Origin: Pseudomonadaceae bacterium
Lineage (GTDB): Bacteria > Pseudomonadota > Alphaproteobacteria > UBA2136 > UBA6156
Direction of reading: 5' to 3'
Length of the DNA: 32,961 bases
Assembly: GCA_947464215.1 (NCBI GenBank)
Contig: CANHVX010000001.1
Coordinates: 1-32,961 of the forward strand
The position numbers and the translations under genes are program-made. Each line of letters starts with the position of its first letter. The stretch's first letter is position 1. The notes under the pieces are model-generated. The model did no database searches, was not told the DNA's origin, and saw only the letters and a program-made list of their open reading frames with translations. Below are positions 1 to 8,042 of this stretch, piece by piece.

Positions 1-66
1 CCAGACCAGCGGCGTGGCCGCGATGGCTTGGCGAACCAGGCCGAAGACGTCTTCGATGGTATACAT
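1..66 (-). CDS. 5' end (first 22 codons, MYTIEDVFGLVRQAIAATPLVW) of an unidentified gene that runs off the left edge
   Basis: ATG at complement 64-66, preceded by an AGGAGGG Shine-Dalgarno (complement of 74-80). Divergent from prfA. Too short to assign a product. Confidence 0.35.
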   Translation of the reverse strand, partial: MYTIEDVFGLVRQAIAATPLVW

Positions 67-262
67 GGCAAAGCCCTCCTAGGGCGTGTTTGAAGGGGCC
101 ATTCGTGGAATGCAGCCCCGCAATGCCGCGTATGCGGCGGAATCTGGGGGATTTCCCCAGAGAAACGGAAGGCGAGATGTGCCTTGCCGGGCGGTATGGG
201 GCTGGAGGAGGCGCTGTGCAAGCCCCTTCCCTTGGCGGGGTGGGCTGTGGTATGGGGTTTTT

Positions 263-1369
263 ATGGCTTATGACATCGATTTACGCGGGCAAGGTGAACG
301 TATTGTGGCGCGTTTTGCGCAGGTTGAGCGCGATTTACAGGACCCAGCCACCCATACGGACATTGCCCGGATGACCGCTTTGAACCGCGAATACGCCGAA
401 TTACGCGATGTTGTGGCGGATTTTCAGAAATATTTCAAGATTTTAGACGACAAAGATGGCGCCGCCAGTATGTTGGCCGACCCCGCCGGTGACCGCGAGC
501 TGAAAGCCCTTGCCCAGCTGGAATATGACGAGCTTCTGCCCCAAGTGGCGCCGATGGAAGAGCTACTCAAGCGCCACCTTCTGCCCAAAGACGAAGATGA
601 CGCCCGCAACGTGATGTTGGAAATCCGCGCGGGAACGGGTGGGGAAGAAGCGGCCTTGTTTGCCGCTGACCTGTTCAAAATGTATTCGGCTTTGGCGGCT
701 GTGCAGGGCTGGAAAGTGGAAATACAAGATGCCGCACCGGCGGATATGGGCGGGTATCGAGAAATTATCACGCGGATTTCGGGGGCGCATGTGTTCCGCG
801 GGTTGAAATTTGAGGGGGGTGTGCACCGTGTGCAGCGCGTGCCCGCCACCGAAACCCAAGGCCGCGTGCACACCAGTGCTGCCACCGTAGCGGTTCTGCC
901 CGAAGCCGAAGAGGTGGATGTGAAGATTGAGGACAAAGACCTGCGCATTGATGTGTTCCGCAGCAGCGGGCCCGGCGGCCAGAGTGTGAACACGACGGAC
1001 AGTGCGGTGCGTATAACCCACCTGCCCACCGGCCTTGCGGTGGCCTGCCAAGACGAAAAAAGCCAGCTGAAAAACAAAGACAAGGCCATGAAGATTCTGC
1101 GCAGCCGCCTGCTGGCCCGCAAGCGCGAAGAACAAGCCGCCGCCCAAGGTGCCGCCCGCAAAAGCATGGTGGGCAGTGGTGACCGCAGCGAGAAAATACG
1201 CACCTATAACTACCCCCAGAACCGCGTAACCGACCACCGCATTGAACTGACCGTGCACAACTTGCCCGACGTGATGCTGGGTGGCAAAAACTTGCAGGAA
1301 CTGATTGCAGCTTTGCATCGTGCCGATGAAGCCGAACGCTTGACGGCGCTGGCGGAGCAACCGGTTTAG
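263..1369 (+). CDS. prfA: Peptide chain release factor 1
   Basis: RF1-specific PAT tripeptide (RVPATETQGRVHTS) and the GGQ motif (SSGPGGQSVNTTDSAVRITHLPTG). I start at the ATG at 263 (MAYDIDLRGQ...). The 86-262 part of the listed ORF begins with GTG and is Arg/Gly/Trp-rich and does not look like RF1 sequence. Confidence 0.95.
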   Translation: MAYDIDLRGQGERIVARFAQVERDLQDPATHTDIARMTALNREYAELRDVVADFQKYFKILDDKDGAASMLADPAGDRELKALAQLEYDELLPQVAPMEELLKRHLLPKDEDDARNVMLEIRAGTGGEEAALFAADLFKMYSALAAVQGWKVEIQDAAPADMGGYREIITRISGAHVFRGLKFEGGVHRVQRVPATETQGRVHTSAATVAVLPEAEEVDVKIEDKDLRIDVFRSSGPGGQSVNTTDSAVRITHLPTGLAVACQDEKSQLKNKDKAMKILRSRLLARKREEQAAAQGAARKSMVGSGDRSEKIRTYNYPQNRVTDHRIELTVHNLPDVMLGGKNLQELIAALHRADEAERLTALAEQPV

Positions 1370-1384
1370 GAAGGGGCCTTAGCC

Positions 1385-2236
1385 ATGCCAACCTTGCGCG
1401 ACGCGTGGCAAAAGGTGCAAAAAAGCCTGGAGAACGCCCCCTTTCTGGTGGCCCCACGCGAAGGACAAGCGATGGTGACCCACCTGTGCGGCCTGGCCCC
1501 GCGCGACCTGCTGGCCCGCGCCCATACCCCCTTCCCCGAGGAATTGGCTTACCATTTGGACCGCCTGCTAGCCCGCCGCATGACCGGCGAACCCCTGGCC
1601 TATGTGCTGGGCCATACACCCTTCCGCACCCACGACTGGCAGGTTGTGGCCCCCTCTGGCCGCGTGCTTATCCCCCGCCCAGACACGGAGATTTTAATTG
1701 CCGAAGCCCTGCTGGTGATGCCCCGCGCAGGCGGGCGCGTGGCCGACATTGGTGTGGGCAGCGGGTGCGTGCTGGGCTCGGTTCTGGATGAGGCCCCCAC
1801 GGCGCGTGGCGTGGGCACGGATATTTCGGCGGTGGCGCTGGCTTTGGCCGCGCACAACCTCAGCCGCTTAGGCCTGGCCCACCGCACCCAGCTGGTTGCC
1901 ACCCCCTTTTTGGACGGCGTGGACGGGCCCTTTGATGTGATTGTGAGCAACCCGCCTTACCTTTCTGACGCCGACTACGACGCGCTGGAGCCCCAAGTGC
2001 GCGATTGGGAGCCCCGCGATGCCCTGGTGGGCGGCCCCACCGGCACCGAGCCCTACCCCCTTCTGGCCGCCCAAGCCCACGCCAAGCTGCAGCCCGGCGG
2101 GTGGCTGCTGGTGGAAATTGGCGCCACCCAAGCCGTGGCGGTGGAAGGGATTCTACGTGGTGCGGGGTTTGCGGCTGTAGCCACCCGGCCCGACCTGGCG
2201 GGGCGGCCTCGCGTGGTTAAAGGCCAAAAAATCTAA
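1385..2236 (+). CDS. prmC: Release factor glutamine N5-methyltransferase (PrmC/HemK)
   Basis: Sits immediately downstream of prfA. SAM-binding DIGVGSGC motif and the catalytic NPPY motif (VSNPPYLSD). Confidence 0.9.
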   Translation: MPTLRDAWQKVQKSLENAPFLVAPREGQAMVTHLCGLAPRDLLARAHTPFPEELAYHLDRLLARRMTGEPLAYVLGHTPFRTHDWQVVAPSGRVLIPRPDTEILIAEALLVMPRAGGRVADIGVGSGCVLGSVLDEAPTARGVGTDISAVALALAAHNLSRLGLAHRTQLVATPFLDGVDGPFDVIVSNPPYLSDADYDALEPQVRDWEPRDALVGGPTGTEPYPLLAAQAHAKLQPGGWLLVEIGATQAVAVEGILRGAGFAAVATRPDLAGRPRVVKGQKI

Positions 2237-2298
2237 AGTTGCCCAATGTGTTGGCGCTGCCGCTTGCCAGCGGCAGCGGTTGCACGCACGCTGCCCCC

Positions 2299-2901
2299 AT
2301 GCGCTATGCCCCTATGATTGCCCTGCTGCTGAGTGCCTGCGCGGCCCAACCCACCGTGGGGCCGTGGATCTATGACTTTACCCTGGTGCGCGTGCGCGAC
2401 ATGCGCCCCGACGACGATGCCAAACTGATGGCCGCCGAGCCCTTCAGCGCCGCCAAATTTGGCGCCGCGTGGAAACAGGTTGTGCAAACCAACATTTTTA
2501 GCGTGCAGCCCGCCAAGCTTTATCTGGGCCTGGCCAAATATGAGACCACCCGCAGCGGCAACAGCTTTGCCATGAGCATGGAAACACGCCTTTACGGCAC
2601 CACCGCCGACGGCCTGACCATTGCCGCAACCCCCGCCCGCTGCATGGTTTATGACCGCAGCACCAGCACCACCGGCCTGGGCGCCCTGAAAGACAACCTG
2701 GTGGCCGATGTGACACGAGAACCACACAGCCCCGCAGGTTCGGCGCTTTCGGGCCCGCCAACCTTGACGGCAAGCGGCCGTGACGCCACCATCTGGAATA
2801 GTTTATGGATACGCTGCGTCGCCCAAATTGCCGAAACCTACGGAAACGCCATGTTGGCGGGGCCGGACAAAACGCAGCCCTCAACACCCGCTTCGCCCTA
2901 A
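2299..2901 (+). CDS. Putative lipoprotein, function unknown
   Basis: ATG at 2299 gives MRYAPMIALLLSAC|AAQ, a signal peptide with a lipobox (LLSAC). The listed ORF start at 2239 is TTG. The stop is 2 nt before the next lipoprotein gene. Confidence 0.55.
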   Translation: MRYAPMIALLLSACAAQPTVGPWIYDFTLVRVRDMRPDDDAKLMAAEPFSAAKFGAAWKQVVQTNIFSVQPAKLYLGLAKYETTRSGNSFAMSMETRLYGTTADGLTIAATPARCMVYDRSTSTTGLGALKDNLVADVTREPHSPAGSALSGPPTLTASGRDATIWNSLWIRCVAQIAETYGNAMLAGPDKTQPSTPASP

Positions 2902-2903
2902 CC

Positions 2904-3809
2904 ATGCGCGCCCTTGCCCCCGCACTTGTGGCCAGCCTGCTGGCCAGCTGCTCGATGCTGCCGGGCACGGGCTCGTTCTCGAAAATTGATTCTTCCAGCC
3001 GCGCGTTTACCCCCATTTATGAAGGCGGGCCGTGGGGCATGGTTGAGCCCCGGCAACAGGAAATTCTGCTCGCCAAAAGTGACTTTAGCGTGGAAATTGT
3101 GCGCTTCACCGATGCCCGCCGCGCCCGCAGCACCGAAACCGCGCCCCCCGAAGCCCTGTTTTACCAATATGAGCCCGACACCATTTTGGGCGGCGTAAGC
3201 ACCCGTGTGCCCGCGCTGTTTGATAAATACTTAGCCTACCGCCCCCAGCACGCCAAGCACTACAAAGTGGAGCTTGACCTGACCAACGTGCGCATGAACA
3301 TTAAGCGTGGCACCTTTATGAGTGGCAGCGGCGGCCGCTATAGCATTGAGCTTGGCGTTGTTGCCACCGCCCGCAGGCCCGACAGCAGCGTGATTTTACG
3401 CCGCGCCTACCGCTTTGCCGACACCCTGCCCCGCCACGTTTATGTGGGCCGCAGCCCCTCGACCGAGATGGACCGCGCCCAGATGAATGCGCTGGCGGAA
3501 AGTGCTATCCGCTTTATTTCGATGAACATCGGGTGGGATATCCGCCAGACTGACGCCCGCCGTTGGGACGTGGAAACCCCACCGCCCGGCAGCACCTTCC
3601 AAGCCACGCCCAAGCGCCGCCTTGAGCGCGCCGCTGGCAGCACCCATTCGTATGGGCCTGAGTTGATTCAGGAGCCTCTTTCTTTACCCGGTAACACCTC
3701 GGCCACCACACGCGTGGACGGTGACACGTTGCCGCCGCCCGCGCCTTATGCCCCTGATTCGGCCCCGGTGGATGATGCGCCGCTGTCGTCTCTCGACGAC
3801 CGCAGTTAA
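2904..3809 (+). CDS. Putative lipoprotein with a Pro-rich, acidic C-terminal tail, function unknown
   Basis: ATG at 2904 gives MRALAPALVASLLASC|S (lipobox LLASC). The listed ORF start at 2805 overlaps the previous gene and is less likely. Confidence 0.6.
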   Translation: MRALAPALVASLLASCSMLPGTGSFSKIDSSSRAFTPIYEGGPWGMVEPRQQEILLAKSDFSVEIVRFTDARRARSTETAPPEALFYQYEPDTILGGVSTRVPALFDKYLAYRPQHAKHYKVELDLTNVRMNIKRGTFMSGSGGRYSIELGVVATARRPDSSVILRRAYRFADTLPRHVYVGRSPSTEMDRAQMNALAESAIRFISMNIGWDIRQTDARRWDVETPPPGSTFQATPKRRLERAAGSTHSYGPELIQEPLSLPGNTSATTRVDGDTLPPPAPYAPDSAPVDDAPLSSLDDRS

Positions 3810-3860
3810 GTTCGCCCGTTAAGTTTTTTTCCTCTTGCGTTTGGTGTGTCTTCTTCGGCG

Positions 3861-5078
3861 CTAGGATGTGCCTTTGAGGCTATAGGTAAGGCCGGCCATC
3901 ACCGCGTAACCGACCACTGTGGCGCAGGCCGCGCCCATAGCCCCCCACGGCCCCACCCACGCCCATGACGCCACCGCCGCCACCGCGCACCCCACCACCG
4001 GCGGCACCACCACCGCCACCCGTTGATGCGCCGCCACCAAGCGGCTCTGCCAGGCCTGGTGCATCCCTGCCAGCACCACCGCCGCCATAAGCATCTGAAA
4101 CGGCACCACCGCCGAGGCAAACGCCTTGCCGAACATGAGAGGAATAATCCAGGGCGCCACCACAACGCCCCCGATGGCCACGGCGAGCATCGCCCCGACC
4201 AGCGCCAGTGTGGCCTGCCGACGCCCCGCCGGGCCCGACTGGGTGCGCGTAAAATGCGTGATAAGCACCGCCCCCGCCAGGCCAGGGATGATAAGTGCTG
4301 TTTCCATAAGAGTGCTGGCAACGCTGTAGTGCCCCGTTGCCGCCAGCTGGCCGCTGCTGCCCAATGCCAAAATGGCCATCTTGGGCAGTGCGAACACGGC
4401 CAGCATAGCCAGCCACGTGGCCCCCAAAAAACCCGCCAGCTCTTGCGCCAACCGCTGACTGACCCGCCAGCCGCTAAGTGGAAGCCTAAGCAGCCAGACG
4501 GTGAGCGCGGTTGCCCCCAGAATGGCGAGCGCATTCACCCACACCACGGCGTTCACCGTGAGCGCGCCCACCCCGATAAGCCCCACCGTGCCGCCCAATA
4601 ACAGCACCCGCTGCGCCATAATGCTGGCCATATTGGGTGCCCAGCCCCCCCGCGTATGCAGCAACGCGCTGGCCCCCGCTGCCAACGCCGCCGCCGGCAC
4701 CACCAGATAGGCCACCAGCTGCAACGATTGCGTGTGCTGGCCCAAGGTGGATTCGAGCAGGCCGTAGGCCATAAGCGGCGTGGCCAGCAGCGTGCCAACA
4801 CAGGCCAAGGCCACCATGGTGCCCAGCAGCACCGGCCACTCGGCCACGCCGTGGCGCGCCGCCAGCTGCCGCGCCGCGTGATAGGTGACCACCGTGGCCA
4901 CCTGCGCCGCCAAGCCTTGCAAGGTAAACACCCACGCGTATATCCCCCGCGCTTCTTCGCCCAGCGCACGCGTGATGAGCACCGTGGACACAAGCCCAAT
5001 GGCCAAAGCACCGACATTGCCGGTGACCAGCTGGCCCGTCTCGCGCGCCAGGCGGAGCACCGTGGGCGGTATGCGCAT
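3861..5078 (-). CDS. Polytopic membrane protein of the Wzx/PST-type oligo- or polysaccharide flippase family
   Basis: 405 aa and about 12 predicted hydrophobic helices. The N-terminal (LITRALGEEARGIYA) and central (GHYSVAS) signatures are typical of the Polysacc_synt family. Its ATG at 5078 lies 3 nt after the stop of the upstream methyltransferase. Confidence 0.65.
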   Translation of the reverse strand: MRIPPTVLRLARETGQLVTGNVGALAIGLVSTVLITRALGEEARGIYAWVFTLQGLAAQVATVVTYHAARQLAARHGVAEWPVLLGTMVALACVGTLLATPLMAYGLLESTLGQHTQSLQLVAYLVVPAAALAAGASALLHTRGGWAPNMASIMAQRVLLLGGTVGLIGVGALTVNAVVWVNALAILGATALTVWLLRLPLSGWRVSQRLAQELAGFLGATWLAMLAVFALPKMAILALGSSGQLAATGHYSVASTLMETALIIPGLAGAVLITHFTRTQSGPAGRRQATLALVGAMLAVAIGGVVVAPWIIPLMFGKAFASAVVPFQMLMAAVVLAGMHQAWQSRLVAAHQRVAVVVPPVVGCAVAAVASWAWVGPWGAMGAACATVVGYAVMAGLTYSLKGTS

Positions 5079-5081
5079 GGG

Positions 5082-5885
5082 TTAGGCCTTGGCCTTCCGC
5101 GCGATAATGAGTGCGCAGCTAAAGGTGAAGGTTTGTGATTCTTCGACAAATTCGGGGGTTAGCTCTTGCGTGGGGACTAAATGGCCTTGGTCGTTCACGT
5201 AGCCAAAATGCGTGATGGTGAAGCCGTTGCGGGCGAGCATATCGTGCAGGCGCGGCAGGCCATAGACCCGCTGGGCATTGAATTCAATACGTTCGCGCCC
5301 CATGGGAGTGGCCAGATACAACTGCCCGCCCGGCGCCGTAAGGGCGGCCAGTGTGGCCAATGCTTTTTCATCGCCGGCGGGGTCGAGCGGGTCTCCGTAG
5401 CGGCCCAGGCCCATGTGCTCGAGCGTGTGGAGGCAGGAGACACTGGGAAATTGCCCCAGTTTTTCGGCGGTGGCCTGCTCCATGAGGTTCACCTGCACAA
5501 AGCGGATGTTGGGGTGCTGGCTTTCCACCGGGCGGATATCGCCCACCAGCACAGGCATGGTGGTTGCCACATGCGCCACGAAGCCATCGATACGGCTGCC
5601 GACATCGAGGTGGGCCTTCGGTGCGGCCTTGACCACCTGCTGCGCCATGACCAAATCCATATGAAAATAATGCCCGCTCATCACGCCGGCGCTCTCGGTG
5701 CGGTCGGTCATCACCGGCCACCAGCGCCCAAACACCCACCCCCCTGGATTGTGCCGCCACTGCCGCCGAAAGGCCATGATTTCGAGCGCATAGCGGGGCA
5801 TCCCGGCTAGTTGGCGGATGGCCTTGAGGCCATCGACCCCGAAGGTTTGCAGCGTGGTGTTGACCGTTTGGAGGAGCTGTTTCAT
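5082..5885 (-). CDS. DUF268-type (class I SAM-dependent-like) methyltransferase
   Basis: Motifs LDVGSRIDGF, SVSCLHTLEHMGLGRYGDPLDPAGD and APGGQLYLATP resemble the DUF268 methyltransferase family. ATG at 5885 (MKQLLQ...); the listed start at 5894 is GTG. Confidence 0.6.
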   Translation of the reverse strand: MKQLLQTVNTTLQTFGVDGLKAIRQLAGMPRYALEIMAFRRQWRHNPGGWVFGRWWPVMTDRTESAGVMSGHYFHMDLVMAQQVVKAAPKAHLDVGSRIDGFVAHVATTMPVLVGDIRPVESQHPNIRFVQVNLMEQATAEKLGQFPSVSCLHTLEHMGLGRYGDPLDPAGDEKALATLAALTAPGGQLYLATPMGRERIEFNAQRVYGLPRLHDMLARNGFTITHFGYVNDQGHLVPTQELTPEFVEESQTFTFSCALIIARKAKA

Positions 5886-5957
5886 GCCCCGCACCCTAAC
5901 CCAGCTGGGCCTTTTGAGCCATGCGTGTGGCTAGAAAATTGGCAGTATCGCCGCCCT

Positions 5958-6527
5958 TTACAGGGTGAGGCCTTGGCGCTCGGCGTAGTCGACCAGGATA
6001 CGGAACGCCACGTTGATGCGTTTGATGTGCTCGGGCGCATCGGGCGACTTGTTAACATCGGGGTGGTGCTGCTTGACCAGCCCCAGATAACGCTTTTTGA
6101 GCACGGCTTCGGCCAGCGGCTGCTCGATGGCGAAAATTGCGCAGGCTTCCTTCACATCGGCGGGCAAATGCCGCGTGCTGGGCAGGCTTTCGCCGTTGCG
6201 CTCGCGCGCGACACGGTTGGTGAAAAAGCCATACAAATCATCCGCCGTTTCAAACGGGTTACGGCCCCCCTTGCCCACCGTGCTGCCCCCTTGCCCGTGC
6301 AGCCCCATGTTCCAGCCCGGCCTTTGCCACTGCGCCGTGCCATCTTGCATTTTATACAATTCTTCCATGGAGAAGCCATCGAGGCCATTCCACCGCTTGT
6401 TGAATTCCTTGATGTGTGCCCCGCAAAAAAACTGGCGCTGGGAGAGATCTCGGGGGTTTTTGGGTGCTGAAAAAGTGCCCTCTTCGGAGCAGTTAGGCCA
6501 TGCGCAGCGTGTTTTAAAGGCATCCAT
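5958..6527 (-). CDS. J-domain protein (C-terminal DnaJ domain, Cys/His-containing N-terminus)
   Basis: C-terminal LKKRYLGLVKQHHPDVNKSPDAPEHIKRINVAFRIL carries the HPD tripeptide. The N-terminus has C-x4-C ... C-x2-H (CAWPNC...FCGAH). Its ATG at 6527 is 4 nt downstream of the prepilin peptidase stop. Confidence 0.8.
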   Translation of the reverse strand: MDAFKTRCAWPNCSEEGTFSAPKNPRDLSQRQFFCGAHIKEFNKRWNGLDGFSMEELYKMQDGTAQWQRPGWNMGLHGQGGSTVGKGGRNPFETADDLYGFFTNRVARERNGESLPSTRHLPADVKEACAIFAIEQPLAEAVLKKRYLGLVKQHHPDVNKSPDAPEHIKRINVAFRILVDYAERQGLTL

Positions 6528-6531
6528 ACCG

Positions 6532-7137
6532 CTAGGTTATGGCGAGCTCCAGCCATTCTGGCAAGTGGGGACAGCACAAAACAACCACCCACCCCACAAT
6601 AAGCGGCACCCCCAACGGGACCATCGCCTGCGGGCGGGCAAACGCCACCGGCAGCCACAGCAGCACCCCCACCGCCACCGCCACGCACGCCCCCACCGGC
6701 CCCAAAAAGGCGACCATGGCCGCCCCTAGGGCCCAATCGCCGCCGCCAACCCCCCGCCCCGGCCACAGCCACCGCGCCAGCCACGCCACCCCCGCCAACG
6801 CCGCCCATATGCCCACAATAACCAGCACCGTGCCCTGCATGAGCCCATGGACCAGGCCCATGGCCATAAGCGGCCAAGTATAGACATTGGGCAGCACGAA
6901 CATGGTGAGATCGACCGCGGCCATACGCGCAAACACGAGCCCCATAAGCACCCCCGCCAGCCCCCACTGCGGCCACAACACCACCGCAAACACCAGCCAA
7001 AACCCAGCCGTAAGCCGCCCCGCATGCCGCAATGCCACAGTGCCGGGCAAGGCATCTTCCGCCACCCCGGTGGCCTTCTCCCACACCGGCAATGCCACCG
7101 GGCCTAACCCCCGCTTTCTTCGCGGCGGGACAAGCAA
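6532..7137 (-). CDS. Prepilin (class III signal) peptidase, A24 family, protease domain only
   Basis: Polytopic membrane protein with both catalytic-Asp contexts: RMAAVDLTMFVLPN and GVGGGDWALGAAMVAFLG (a GxGD-type motif). At about 190-200 aa there is no room for an N-methyltransferase or zinc domain. The start is uncertain: TTG at 7137 overlaps the upstream gene, and GTG at 7098 lies 5 nt after the upstream stop. Confidence 0.75.
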   Translation of the reverse strand: MLVPPRRKRGLGPVALPVWEKATGVAEDALPGTVALRHAGRLTAGFWLVFAVVLWPQWGLAGVLMGLVFARMAAVDLTMFVLPNVYTWPLMAMGLVHGLMQGTVLVIVGIWAALAGVAWLARWLWPGRGVGGGDWALGAAMVAFLGPVGACVAVAVGVLLWLPVAFARPQAMVPLGVPLIVGWVVVLCCPHLPEWLELAIT

Positions 7138-8042
7138 TTCTCGCCGGCGCTGTAACAGAAACTGGCACTGAACGGCGGATCGGTGCGGTTGGTGATGTTG
7201 GTGTGCAGCATAAGCACCCGGCCCCAGGGATCTTGGGCGTAGCTGGCGGGCAGGCCGAGATCGATCATGAACTGTTGCATATCGTCGATATTTCCGCTGC
7301 TATACACGCGCTTGTTCAGCACCTTATCGGTGTAATAGACCACGCCGCTGGTGTCGTCGGAATCGGTTTTGGGATAAAAATTAAAGGCGGTGAAGCTTTT
7401 GCCCTCCATATCGGTGCACCAGCCCGGCGCCCCCTCGGCGTTGCACGTGCCCTGCGCTTCCAGGAAATTGGCCGACTCGGCCGACTCCAGCTTATCGATA
7501 ATCAGGCTGGCACGGCTTTGATACTCTTTCACCCGTTTCACCTCCGATTCACGCGAGGTGTATTTGGTGCCGATATCGTCCTTCTTCAGCTCCCACGCGC
7601 CAAACTCTTCCAGCCCGCCGAAGCCGGCGCTATCATCGACCGTATTCTTACCCCGGCTAAACACCGCCGCAAACTGCACCGTGACCGGCGTATCTTCCAC
7701 CCGCACCGGCGCCGACGCATGGAAATATTCCCATGGATTGCCCCAGGGATCCTTCCGCAACGAGGGATCGGTGAGAATATTCGCGCGGAAGAGATCTTCG
7801 AGGTTATCGGGCAGGCGATTGATGCCTACCGTTTCGTAATACTTGCCCAGCGCGGTGCTGATGATGAGGCTGTTGCGCTCGGCCTCATCGACCTTGGAGC
7901 TTTCGATCCGGCTCATGGCCTGCCAGCCCCCGATGCCCGCCAAAATCGCCATCACGATAAGCGCCACGCGGGCATCCATGCCGAACATGGCCCCGCGTTG
8001 CGTGCTGTTAACCCTACGTTTGGCGTTACTGGCTGCTGGCAT
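7104..8042 (-). CDS. Atypical, oversized GspG-like pseudopilin with two GspG-like modules
   Basis: Basic leader MPAASNAKRRVNSTQRG, then a hydrophobic helix AMFGMDARVALIVMAILAGIGGW. The first module, LGKYYETVG...RKDPWGNPWEY...FSRGKNTVDDS, closely follows the GspG signature (DPWGxxY). A second DPWG (YAQDPWGRVLML) occurs near the C-terminus. The ATG at 8042 overlaps the upstream stop by 17 nt. Confidence 0.6.
   Translation of the reverse strand: MPAASNAKRRVNSTQRGAMFGMDARVALIVMAILAGIGGWQAMSRIESSKVDEAERNSLIISTALGKYYETVGINRLPDNLEDLFRANILTDPSLRKDPWGNPWEYFHASAPVRVEDTPVTVQFAAVFSRGKNTVDDSAGFGGLEEFGAWELKKDDIGTKYTSRESEVKRVKEYQSRASLIIDKLESAESANFLEAQGTCNAEGAPGWCTDMEGKSFTAFNFYPKTDSDDTSGVVYYTDKVLNKRVYSSGNIDDMQQFMIDLGLPASYAQDPWGRVLMLHTNITNRTDPPFSASFCYSAGENCLSRREESGG

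Noticed and set aside
86-262. N-terminal extensions of listed ORFs: prfA 86-262, second lipoprotein 2805-2903, gspF-like 12573-12758, GspL-like 11461-11532, lpxD 19338-19544, bamA 22198-22620, lpxI 16872-16913 and lpxA 17665-17721.
   Set aside because: Several begin at GTG or TTG codons. They overlap the upstream gene and encode sequence unlike the family. Internal ATG codons with better spacing or a better SD give canonical N-termini.
1167-1176. Near-matches to the tRNA-Val 3' end (tggtgggcag at 1167-1176 and at 10902-10911), considered as possible distal att copies marking the far end of an island.
   Set aside because: Only 9 of 10 nt match, they lie inside coding sequence, and the match does not extend further. 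Consistent with chance in a GC-rich sequence.
424-1619. Long ORFs antisense to or out of frame with prfA (424..1203-, 563..1360-, 768..1619-). Similar shadow ORFs occur across the window, for example 6152..7168-, 7032..8063+, 7843..9111+, 12833..14158+, 15074..16162+, 15570..16667+, 20725..21600+, 22545..23324+, 24963..25733-, 27111..27914-, 29463..30170+ and 31133..31858+.
   Set aside because: Their translations are Arg/Gly/Ala/Pro/His-rich low-complexity sequences with no recognisable motifs. Each lies entirely over a gene with strong family signatures on the other strand or in another frame. This is the usual high-GC shadow-ORF artefact.
3810-3860. The T-run (ttttttt, about 3825-3831) between the convergent lipoprotein and flippase genes, considered as a terminator.
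   Set aside because: No convincing GC-rich stem precedes the T-run on either strand. The flanking ttaag repeats are direct, not inverted.
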